64,000 nucleotides of DNA from positions 27,401 to 91,400 of the forward strand of contig JASNYX010000005.1 in the NCBI GenBank assembly GCA_048499955.1, given 5' to 3'. This document shows, piece by piece, positions 29,646 to 38,100 of the stretch. A program made the translations under genes and the position numbers. Origin of the DNA: Patescibacteria group bacterium. GTDB lineage: Bacteria > Patescibacteriota > WWE3 > 2-01-FULL-39-13. Positions within the stretch are counted from its first letter, which is position 1. Each line of letters starts with the position of its first letter. The notes beneath the pieces were generated by a model. It ran no database searches. It was not told the DNA's origin and saw only the letters and a program-made list of their open reading frames with translations.

Positions 29646-30125
29646 ATGATGTTAATGCAACTGAAAATTTGGCAGTTTTTGCTTTTAATTGCGGGTACGG
29701 TTATGGTACTCTTCTACTTTTCAGGTGGAACCGAAGGGAATCCATTTAGATCGGATGTGCCTGAACAAATATCGGGAACCCTAGTAAAAATACATACCAG
29801 AGGCGGATTATGCCCAAATAACGAAATTTGCTCTTCTACAGTGGAAATCAAGGCCGACGGCACAATAACAGGAAGCAACAAAACCGCAAGAGTTTCTATT
29901 GATCTTGCCGAGGCACTCGAGAATGCAATAAATAAAACAAATTTTCAGCAAATTAAAGGTAATCCTTATATGGGTCTATGTCCTACTGCCTATGATGGCG
30001 TAGAAACCATCTATACATTCTATACATTAAAAGGGTCGGAGGAAATTTCTTCGTGTGAATACTACTTGCAAACAGCAACTGAGCTATCTTCCATATTGGA
30101 AACCATCGCCAAACAAATCTACTAA
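29646..30125 (+). CDS. membrane-anchored hypothetical protein
   Basis: N-terminal TM helix and 6 Cys residues. No motif recognised. Confidence 0.4.
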   Translation: MMLMQLKIWQFLLLIAGTVMVLFYFSGGTEGNPFRSDVPEQISGTLVKIHTRGGLCPNNEICSSTVEIKADGTITGSNKTARVSIDLAEALENAINKTNFQQIKGNPYMGLCPTAYDGVETIYTFYTLKGSEEISSCEYYLQTATELSSILETIAKQIY

Positions 30126-31567
30126 TAAATCAATTCAAGCTTACCTTCTGATAAATTCAAAATCTTATTTACGCCAATGCTTTCTACGAAATATCTGTCA
30201 TGTGAAACAAGTAGTATTGCACCATCAAAGTTTTTGAGACTCTTTTCAATTACTTCCTTCGTTTCAATATCTAAGTGGTTATCAGGCTCATCAAGAATGA
30301 GTAAATCGTAATTATTATGTGCGAAAACAGCAAAGGCAAATCGCGAGCGTTCCCCGGGACTCAACTGTTTAATTCTTTTCGCAAGATTATCTTTGCTGAA
30401 CATAAATTTGCTCAAATAGCCGTAAACCTGTCCATGAAAACAACGGGTTTCATCCATAAAAGCATCAAATAAATTCATATTCGGATTGAAGTGCATCTGA
30501 GTTTGTGAAAAGTACCCCACTTTTATATTCGCGCCTAAAGAAAGGTTACCCGAAGATAGTGGCTCATTTTCTGTGATCATCTTTACTAATGTCGACTTAC
30601 CAGCACCGTTTGGACCAAATAACCAAACCTTTTCCTTTCCCCTTAATTCAAAACTAATATCTTTAAAAACCTCTTTATCGTGATAGTATTTTGAAACTTC
30701 ATCGAATCGGATCATAAGTTTCCCCTGATGTGCATTTGTATCAAAACCGAAATCTTTTATTTTATTCGCGGAATACTTTTCTTTTTTATTTCTAACTACT
30801 TCTCTTTCAATTCTTTTTTTTGCAGATTGAACTGCACGACCTCGTTTTTTACCATCCTTTATCTTCCTTGCACTAACAAGCAACTTTTCTAGCTGAGCCT
30901 TTTTTTGCATAAAAAGTTTGTATTCTTCATCCCATTTATTTATTAGTTTTAACTTCTCTTCTTTATACTTATCATAGCTTCCCGGGAAAAAATATATTCC
31001 ATTTCTTTCGATTTCCCAGATTTCATCTACGACATTGTTTAAAAATGAACGATCATGCGAAATCATAATTACGGATGCCGATAGTTTTCTTATGTACTCC
31101 TCAAACCAAAGGATCCCATCGATATCAAGGTGATTCGTCGGTTCATCAATAAATAGTACCGTTGGCTCATTTAGTAGAACCTCAATGAGTTTCACTTTCA
31201 TTTTCTGCCCTTCGCTAAGTGTATGGAGTTCCTGATATGGATCAAAATTATGGAATTTTAGTTGTGTAGCCAGAGATTCGATTTTGTAATAATCCCACTG
31301 ATGTTCAAGACAATTTTCGAGATATTCTCCAACCATCTGTCGTGAAAAGTTGAATTCTTGCGGTATATATCCGAGAGTTTCACCTTGGATTTCAAATTTC
31401 CCATCCGTCGGCTCTTCTATACCGTTAAGTAGTTTAAATAAAGTGCTTTTCCCGCATCCATTTTTACCAACCAGGCCTATTTTCTTACCTTGACCGATTT
31501 TTAAACTAATATTTTCGAATATATAACGATCATCATATTTTTTGCTAAGCTTATTAGCCGTAATCAT
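30122..31567 (-). CDS. ABC-F family ATPase (tandem ABC domains, no TMD)
   Basis: Two Walker A motifs ('GKNGCGKST', 'GPNGAGKST'), two signature motifs ('LSEGQK', 'LSPGER') and two Walker B motifs ('LFIDEPTNHLD', 'LILDEPDNHLD'). Start placed at 'MITANKL' (ATG 31567). Confidence 0.8.
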   Translation of the reverse strand: MITANKLSKKYDDRYIFENISLKIGQGKKIGLVGKNGCGKSTLFKLLNGIEEPTDGKFEIQGETLGYIPQEFNFSRQMVGEYLENCLEHQWDYYKIESLATQLKFHNFDPYQELHTLSEGQKMKVKLIEVLLNEPTVLFIDEPTNHLDIDGILWFEEYIRKLSASVIMISHDRSFLNNVVDEIWEIERNGIYFFPGSYDKYKEEKLKLINKWDEEYKLFMQKKAQLEKLLVSARKIKDGKKRGRAVQSAKKRIEREVVRNKKEKYSANKIKDFGFDTNAHQGKLMIRFDEVSKYYHDKEVFKDISFELRGKEKVWLFGPNGAGKSTLVKMITENEPLSSGNLSLGANIKVGYFSQTQMHFNPNMNLFDAFMDETRCFHGQVYGYLSKFMFSKDNLAKRIKQLSPGERSRFAFAVFAHNNYDLLILDEPDNHLDIETKEVIEKSLKNFDGAILLVSHDRYFVESIGVNKILNLSEGKLELIY

Positions 31568-31604
31568 TGCAACATTGTACCCTTTTATCGCCACTACAGC
31601 CAAT

Positions 31605-31643
31605 AAAGAAGGTGCGGAATTGTATTTACTCCGCACCTTCTTT
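31605..31643. terminator. 14-bp stem hairpin, bidirectional terminator candidate between minus-strand genes
   Basis: AAAGAAGGTGCGGA-attgtatttac-TCCGCACCTTCTTT with T-rich flanks on both sides. Confidence 0.5.
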
Positions 31644-31668
31644 TGCTCTGACCCCGCCTCTCGAAGAA

Positions 31669-31965
31669 TTAGATCAAATCATCTTCTTCTTGCGTGTTAC
31701 CTCTTAGGGTATCTCCGCTAGGAGTAGGATCATCGTCGTAAGCACCAACACCTTCGCTATCGATATTACGATTTTGATCGGTAGTACGATCCTGTTGCGC
31801 CTCTCCTCCGAGACGTCCAACCTCTGGTGTGTTGTTAGTGCCTTCAAACTCATTAGCTCTCTCATCTACTGCATCAAAACCCGACCTTTGACCATTCATT
31901 GTAGGGTCTCGCTCCGTATTCGTATCTGTTTCACGACCGTTACTTGTATTTCTTTTGTTTGCCAT
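31669..31965 (-). CDS. acidic hydrophilic intrinsically disordered protein
   Basis: 98 aa rich in D/E/N/T/G/R with no hydrophobic core. Composition resembles a stress hydrophilin. Confidence 0.35.
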   Translation of the reverse strand: MANKRNTSNGRETDTNTERDPTMNGQRSGFDAVDERANEFEGTNNTPEVGRLGGEAQQDRTTDQNRNIDSEGVGAYDDDPTPSGDTLRGNTQEEDDLI

Positions 31966-32120
31966 TTTAACTCACCCCCAAATATTAAAATATTTTTCCT
32001 TAACTACGCACTTTGTATATCTCAAACTTGTTGCATGGTACGTACTGTCGAACAAAGTACAGTCAGAATTAAGTAAAGTGAAAGTAAGAGATACAAAACG
32101 ATGCGAGTACTTAAATGCGA

Positions 32121-32531
32121 CTATAAGAGTATGGAGTAAATAACACCGGCTATAAGCAATGATAACGAAGGGTAAGCAAAATCAATTGCCCAAAGTTCAA
32201 GTGACTTTTTCAAAAACAGAAAACCCGGCAGAGAACTTGCTAATACGACGATACCAAGCAATATGGCTAAAAACATCCCCTGCGAAATTGATACGACCTC
32301 ATTTATTCTAAACAGAACATATAAAGCTAAAACCATTACTGTTCCGCAAATAAAACTCATGACAAACAAACGTGCCATATCTGATTTAGAAGTATTAGAT
32401 ATCTGGACTTCGTTTAGTCCGGTAAGTTTCAGCCATTTATTTCCAAATAGTATAGGCGAGTACCAAACCATTCCAAGTACAAAGTTTGCTGTCGCAGCTA
32501 AAAATACCGCTAGTAGGTGGAAAAAGTCCAT
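32121..32531 (-). CDS. small membrane protein, DUF1761-like
   Basis: 'MVWYSPILFGNKW' plus 4 TM helices. Confidence 0.35.
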   Translation of the reverse strand: MDFFHLLAVFLAATANFVLGMVWYSPILFGNKWLKLTGLNEVQISNTSKSDMARLFVMSFICGTVMVLALYVLFRINEVVSISQGMFLAILLGIVVLASSLPGFLFLKKSLELWAIDFAYPSLSLLIAGVIYSILL

Positions 32532-32572
32532 GTTTACATGTTATAGCACCAAGGCATACTATTCAATAAATA

Positions 32573-33034
32573 TTGCACAGGTGTATATTGGAGGTAATGA
32601 ACGAAAATAAGATCTATAAAACCCTTCTGTTTCTTGCTTCTTTTGGAATACTTTTATCATTGTATTTGCTCTGGCAACAAATGTTCACTCCGGAGTTTCA
32701 GCCATGTACTATCAATAGTTGGATAAACTGCGATGCAGTTATTTCCGGAGAAGTAGCGAAGACGCTAGGAATTCCCACTCCGCTCTACGGCCTAATCGGT
32801 TATGTTGTAATCCTTTTTGCAGCATTTAAACGTATGCCCAAACTTTTGTTAGGTATATCCGCCTTCGGATTGCTTTTTTGTTTGTATATTGCGGTAGTCG
32901 AGCTGGTTTTCTTGAGAGTTATTTGCCCGGTTTGTATCGGATGTCAGATCACTATGATCTGGGTTTTTGCACTAAGCATTTTGGTTTTCCAAAAATCTAA
33001 AAATATTGATAGTGCCGACGAATCAGAGAACTAA
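32573..33034 (+). CDS. vitamin K epoxide reductase (VKOR) family protein
   Basis: Loop Cys pair 'C..NCD' and active-site 'CPVCIGC' (CxxC), within a 4-5 TM topology. Confidence 0.65.
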   Translation: MHRCILEVMNENKIYKTLLFLASFGILLSLYLLWQQMFTPEFQPCTINSWINCDAVISGEVAKTLGIPTPLYGLIGYVVILFAAFKRMPKLLLGISAFGLLFCLYIAVVELVFLRVICPVCIGCQITMIWVFALSILVFQKSKNIDSADESEN

Positions 33035-33719
33035 CCAGCTCGTCATACATATAACCTCGGAGAAAGTTTTGGTTGGCTTCCATAATGTGACGGGAATATT
33101 TCCTGTAATCCGGGACCTCTTTTAGCCATAGCAAACCTTGGTCAAGCTGAACAATTTGATCTGACTCATCAATAACGAGATTACATGAAACGCGAAAGTC
33201 AGGTTTTAGCTCATCAGGGTATACCCTCAATGGTAGATTATCAATAAGATATGCTTTAAAAGCCTCAAGTCCACACAGATCCAAACTACATCCTTCTCTT
33301 TCTGTCATCAGCCTTGAAACCTCAGTTAGAGATAAAAACGATGCCGCCAACCTCTCAGAATTTAATAGATCGTAATATCGAAGTTCCCTCGCATTATTAA
33401 CATAAGCTCCCACAACAACCCCAGTATTATAAGAAGGTACCGGGATTACGTATGAATAAGGAATGGGTACTCCGTACTCATAATTTAGATCAACTTCTCT
33501 TTTCAAAAGATCAGAGGAAACTCTTCCTCCATAAATATTTGGCTTTGATACCTTCAATACAAATGGAGGCCTAGAAGAACCATCACTTAGTGTATATACA
33601 TTACAAAAGTATCCTCCACCCAAAAATTGACAGCATTCTGCAACTCCGTCTCCTAGAGCTTCTTGTATAATAAGGATATCTTCATTTTGACATAATGTTT
33701 CAGGATTAAGGTTGTTCAT
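32997..33719 (-). CDS. hypothetical protein with possible kinase-like N-lobe
   Basis: 'GGGYFCNVYTL' (Gly-rich loop-like) followed by 'VLKVSK'. The catalytic loop is not clear. Confidence 0.3.
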   Translation of the reverse strand: MNNLNPETLCQNEDILIIQEALGDGVAECCQFLGGGYFCNVYTLSDGSSRPPFVLKVSKPNIYGGRVSSDLLKREVDLNYEYGVPIPYSYVIPVPSYNTGVVVGAYVNNARELRYYDLLNSERLAASFLSLTEVSRLMTEREGCSLDLCGLEAFKAYLIDNLPLRVYPDELKPDFRVSCNLVIDESDQIVQLDQGLLWLKEVPDYRKYSRHIMEANQNFLRGYMYDELVSSLIRRHYQYF

Positions 33720-33816
33720 TCGGAATAGTATATGCAGTGTCCCTTTGAGGCGGGCTTTTCAGAAGAAGCTCAGCAATTCGTTATATTTTATAACAATAAT
33801 TTGATAAAATCATTAT

Positions 33817-35244
33817 ATGTCAAAAAAGCTACTCCCTGCAAAGAAATCAAATCTAAGCGAATGGTATACGGCATTGATCCAACATGCCAAATTAGCAGAC
33901 TACTCTCCGGTAAAAGGATGTATGGTTATTAGACCAAATGGATATGAAATATGGGAAATGGTTCAAAAAAGACTTGATGAGCTAATAAAAGATTTAGACT
34001 GTAGAAACGCTTATTTCCCGCTATTTATCCCCTACTCTTTTCTACAAAAGGAAAAAGACCATATAGAAGGATTCTCTCCTGAATTAGCGATAGTCACAGT
34101 TGCAGGAGGCGAAAAACTCGAAGAAAACCTGGTCGTTAGGCCTACTTCAGAAACCATTATGTATGATATGTACAGCAAATGGCTAAATTCTTATAGAGAT
34201 CTCCCAATAAAGATCAATCAATGGAATAACGTCGTACGATGGGAAAAACGCACATATTTCTTTCTACGAACAACAGAATTTCTATGGCAGGAAGGCCATA
34301 CAGCTCATGCCACACACGAAGAATCGTGGCAGATGGTTCTGGATGCCCTAGATGCATACGAGAAGATCATGCATGAGTATTTGGCGGTTCCGGTTGTTAA
34401 AGGCAGAAAAAGTAACAAAGAAAAATTCGCAGGAGCAGATGTAACGACAACCATTGAGTCAATAATGCCGGATGGAAAAGCTCTCCAAGCAGGAACCAGT
34501 CACGATTTGGGTCAGAATTTTTCCAAAAAAGAATCATTTAATATTGCGTACCAGAATGAAAAAGGTGAAATGGATTATGTGTGGCAAGTCAGCTTCGGAC
34601 TTTCAACTCGCGTCATGGGGGCGTTAATAATGACTCATGGAGATGACGACGGCATGGTAATTCCACCAAGAATAGCACCGACACAGGTATCAATAATTAC
34701 TGTGAATAATTCAGAGGCACAACTAAAATTTGCCTCAGAACTACAGACACAACTAAAACAACTTGGAGTGAGAACACGAATGGTAAAAGACAATCAACAT
34801 TCGTTAGGTTGGATGTTAAACGAACTTGAACTCGAAGGAATCCCAATTGTAATAGTTATCGGCGACAAAGAAATTTCAGATGAATCGATTACTTTAAATA
34901 TTAGACATAATAAAACCAAAGAGAAAATATCTTCCAATGAAATATCAAAAATTCCTGAAATACTGGAAAACATACAAAAACTCATGTATGAAAAAGCTCA
35001 AAAACTAAAAACAGACCTAACTTTTGAACCCGCAAATTATGAGGAATTTAAAAAAATCATGAGTACCACTCGCGGATATTTAAGTTCCTATTGGTGTGAA
35101 TCTGAGAAATGTGAAACAAAAATTAAAGAAGAAACAAAAGCTACAATACGATGCCTGCCTTTAGATCAAAGTGGTCCGGAGGGCGAATGCATTTATTGTG
35201 GTAAAAAAGCGAAAAATAAGTGGCTATTCGCCCAAGCATATTAA
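33817..35244 (+). CDS. proS: prolyl-tRNA synthetase, archaeal/eukaryotic type
   Basis: 'RPTSETIMYDMY', 'RWEKRTYFFLRTTEFLWQEGHTAHAT' and the C-terminal Cys cluster 'CESEKCE...CIYCG'. Confidence 0.85.
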   Translation: MSKKLLPAKKSNLSEWYTALIQHAKLADYSPVKGCMVIRPNGYEIWEMVQKRLDELIKDLDCRNAYFPLFIPYSFLQKEKDHIEGFSPELAIVTVAGGEKLEENLVVRPTSETIMYDMYSKWLNSYRDLPIKINQWNNVVRWEKRTYFFLRTTEFLWQEGHTAHATHEESWQMVLDALDAYEKIMHEYLAVPVVKGRKSNKEKFAGADVTTTIESIMPDGKALQAGTSHDLGQNFSKKESFNIAYQNEKGEMDYVWQVSFGLSTRVMGALIMTHGDDDGMVIPPRIAPTQVSIITVNNSEAQLKFASELQTQLKQLGVRTRMVKDNQHSLGWMLNELELEGIPIVIVIGDKEISDESITLNIRHNKTKEKISSNEISKIPEILENIQKLMYEKAQKLKTDLTFEPANYEEFKKIMSTTRGYLSSYWCESEKCETKIKEETKATIRCLPLDQSGPEGECIYCGKKAKNKWLFAQAY

Positions 35245-35288
35245 TATGCAAGCCAGTTTATTTTATTTGTAAGAATGATATATCAAAT

Positions 35289-35837
35289 ATGTTAAAGCCA
35301 ATATTGTTAGGAACGATGATAATAGTAATTGCTGGGGCAACTTTCCTGTTTTTGAGAAATACGGAAGATGTTCCAAGCACAACGCTATACAACCCATCTG
35401 AGAATCAAAACACTACCGGAGTAGTAGACGGAAAAGTACCGGACATTACTGAACCGGATAATTCACAAACTTTATATAATGGGAAAATCTTATCGAATAG
35501 CCTATCCCCTTATATTGAATTTAACCAATTAGATTATGAAAATGCTTTGAATTCAGACAAGCTAATTTATTTAGAATTTTACGCAGACTGGTGCCCTATT
35601 TGCCGTGCACAAGAACCACAAATTATCAGCGGCATGCAAATGCTTGATGACCCAAACATAATCGGATTTAGAGTAAATTACAAAGATGATCAAACTGACG
35701 AAGACGAGAAATCTTTAGCTGAAGCGTTTAACGTGAAATACCAACACACCAAAGTTGTACTTAAAAACGGGAAACCGGTATATAACATTTTAGAGGTTTG
35801 GAATAAAAATAAGCTTATTTCAACCCTAAAGGAATGA
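35289..35837 (+). CDS. membrane-anchored thioredoxin-fold protein (CxxC)
   Basis: 'FYADWCPICRAQEP'. Start chosen at 'MLKPILL' to avoid overlap with the proS 3' end. Confidence 0.55.
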   Translation: MLKPILLGTMIIVIAGATFLFLRNTEDVPSTTLYNPSENQNTTGVVDGKVPDITEPDNSQTLYNGKILSNSLSPYIEFNQLDYENALNSDKLIYLEFYADWCPICRAQEPQIISGMQMLDDPNIIGFRVNYKDDQTDEDEKSLAEAFNVKYQHTKVVLKNGKPVYNILEVWNKNKLISTLKE

Positions 35838-37600
35838 TACTTTATCTATTTGCATTCTTATCAGGGCTCGCAACAATTCTCGCACCGTGCATTTGGCCTA
35901 TATTACCAATTCTTTTTATTTCCTCTGATGGGGGTAAAAGAAAACCGTTGGGTCTCAGCTTAGGAATAGTAACCAGCTTTGCACTTATAACTATATTACT
36001 TTCCTCGATACTTTCGTATTTTTCAGTAAATTTTGATGTCAGTGTTATAAGACCGGCAGCTACAATATTTCTCGCTTTACTGGGTATTACATTTGTAATT
36101 CCTGCCTTAAGCACCAGATTTGAATTTTTCGTGAGCAAGCTTATAGGAAAATCATCAAATGTAGATTTGACTAAAAATAAGTCAGGCTTTATTTCAGGTT
36201 TCACAACGGGATTGGCTCTCGGCACGTTGTGGTCACCATGTGCAGGACCAATTCTAGCTGCGATTTCTGTATTAGTAGGTACACATAATCTTAATACTGA
36301 AGTTTTAATGCTTATACTTGCATACTCACTTGGAGTTGGCTTACCTCTTTTTGGATTTACTTTATTTGGTCAAAAATTTATAAAACGATCAACATTTATC
36401 TCGAAATATACAGATACAATTCAAAGAATATTCGGAATATTAATTATACTACTTGCACTTGCGATATACACCGATTATGACAAAAAGGCACAAGCTTGGT
36501 TCCTAGACCAAGTACCCGGGTACTCAAAACTCATCTATCTTCTGGAATTAAATGAAACAGTAACAAAAGAATTGGACAAACTAAATCCGCCAAGAAACCA
36601 AATAAATGTATTGCCTACGGATGGAAACAGTTCTCAACAAAATACTTTAAGGCTTCCAAGTTATGGAAAATCTCGGGAAATAACCGGGATCACAAATTGG
36701 ATAAATTCCGAACCATTAACGATCGAACAACTAAAGGGGAATGTCGTTTTGATTGATTTTTGGACATACACATGTATTAACTGCATAAGAACTTTGCCTC
36801 ATTTAAACTCATGGCATGAAAAATACAAAGATAACGGACTAACCATAGTAGGCGTTCATAGCCCGGAGTTCCAATTTGAAAAAAGTACGGAAAATGTTCT
36901 GAAAGCGACTCAAAGATACTCTATTGAGTATCCGGTTGCTCAAGATAATAATTTTGAAACCTGGAAAAATTTCGACAATAAATATTGGCCAGCACACTAC
37001 TTAATCGATGCAGAGGGAAATATCCGCATGGTACATTTCGGCGAAGGAAAATACGAGGAGTTAGAAACTGCAATACAAGAACTTTTAAAGGAAGGGGGCA
37101 ACACAGATATGCCTAAACACACAATACAACCACAACCAACCCAGAGATTCACAGCACAAACACCTGAGACCTATTTAGGTTTACTAAGAATGGAAAGATA
37201 CTCCGGAAGAGGCCGTCCACGAGAAATCGGTACCCAAAACTTTGAACCTACAGAAGATTCAATCTTGCTTGATCACATAAGATTCGAGGGCACTTGGAAC
37301 ATTCAACTCGAATACTCCGAATCTGTAAGAAACTCAATTCTAAAATTGTCATTTCAAGGTCGCAAAGTTTTTCTGGTAATGACTCCAAAATCTCCCGGAC
37401 AGAAGGTAAAAGTTTCAATGAATGATACGGACCTAACAATTGAAAACTCCGGAGAAGACGTAATCGATTCCGTAATCACTCTCGACTCAGAACGGCTATA
37501 CACAATCATTGATCAGGAAAACTACAATTTCACTATAAAAGAAATAACACTAGAGCTGGATCCCGGAATCAAAGTTTATGCATTCACTTTTGGAAATTAG
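35834..37600 (+). CDS. CcdA/DsbD-family transmembrane electron transporter fused to thioredoxin-like (TlpA/ResA-type) domain plus C-terminal extension
   Basis: CcdA Cys motifs 'ILAPCIWPIL' and 'WSPCAGPIL'. Thioredoxin-like 'FWTYTCINCIRTLPHL'. Confidence 0.7.
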   Translation: MILYLFAFLSGLATILAPCIWPILPILFISSDGGKRKPLGLSLGIVTSFALITILLSSILSYFSVNFDVSVIRPAATIFLALLGITFVIPALSTRFEFFVSKLIGKSSNVDLTKNKSGFISGFTTGLALGTLWSPCAGPILAAISVLVGTHNLNTEVLMLILAYSLGVGLPLFGFTLFGQKFIKRSTFISKYTDTIQRIFGILIILLALAIYTDYDKKAQAWFLDQVPGYSKLIYLLELNETVTKELDKLNPPRNQINVLPTDGNSSQQNTLRLPSYGKSREITGITNWINSEPLTIEQLKGNVVLIDFWTYTCINCIRTLPHLNSWHEKYKDNGLTIVGVHSPEFQFEKSTENVLKATQRYSIEYPVAQDNNFETWKNFDNKYWPAHYLIDAEGNIRMVHFGEGKYEELETAIQELLKEGGNTDMPKHTIQPQPTQRFTAQTPETYLGLLRMERYSGRGRPREIGTQNFEPTEDSILLDHIRFEGTWNIQLEYSESVRNSILKLSFQGRKVFLVMTPKSPGQKVKVSMNDTDLTIENSGEDVIDSVITLDSERLYTIIDQENYNFTIKEITLELDPGIKVYAFTFGN

Positions 37601-37618
37601 TAGGTGGCCGGGTTCAAC

Positions 37619-37987
37619 TTAATCTTTAGTTTCGAGGTATTTTTTCACTTTATCTAATAGCTCATCAAGGTCGAACGGCTTGAGCATATAATCATCAGCA
37701 CCACATTGAGAGGCCATATTTTCGACTTCAGTTGTAGCTGAAATTAAGATCACAGGCATATTGCAAGTTTCCGGTTGTCTTTTTAAATATCGGCATAAAT
37801 CGCGACCATCAGAGCCCGACATCCAAACATCAAGCAATAAAAGATCAGGAAGTTTATCCTCGATCTCTCTTAAAGCGTTTCCGTCGGTTGTGGTTTCAAT
37901 CTGATATCCTTCGTCTTCCAGAATAATTCTAATTGCATCAAGTATGCCTATGTCATCATCAGCAATCATGATTTTTTTGTTTTGCAT
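37619..37987 (-). CDS. single-domain response regulator (receiver only)
   Basis: 'IMIADDD', phospho-acceptor context 'LLLLDVWMSG' and 'DDYMLKPFD'. Confidence 0.8.
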   Translation of the reverse strand: MQNKKIMIADDDIGILDAIRIILEDEGYQIETTTDGNALREIEDKLPDLLLLDVWMSGSDGRDLCRYLKRQPETCNMPVILISATTEVENMASQCGADDYMLKPFDLDELLDKVKKYLETKD

Positions 37988-38100
37988 GGCATTAAGTTAT
38001 CCGGCAACAATATCACCGAAACATAAAGGGAATGTGCGTATCTCGTATAAATATAAAAGAGAAGTAGAAGCAAGTACTTCTATATCTCTATACATTTCAC

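Noticed and set aside
33732-33932. 66-aa ORF overlapping the proS start
   Set aside because: It overlaps the well-supported proS N-terminus ('LSEWYTALIQHAKLADYSPVKG' is conserved) in another frame.
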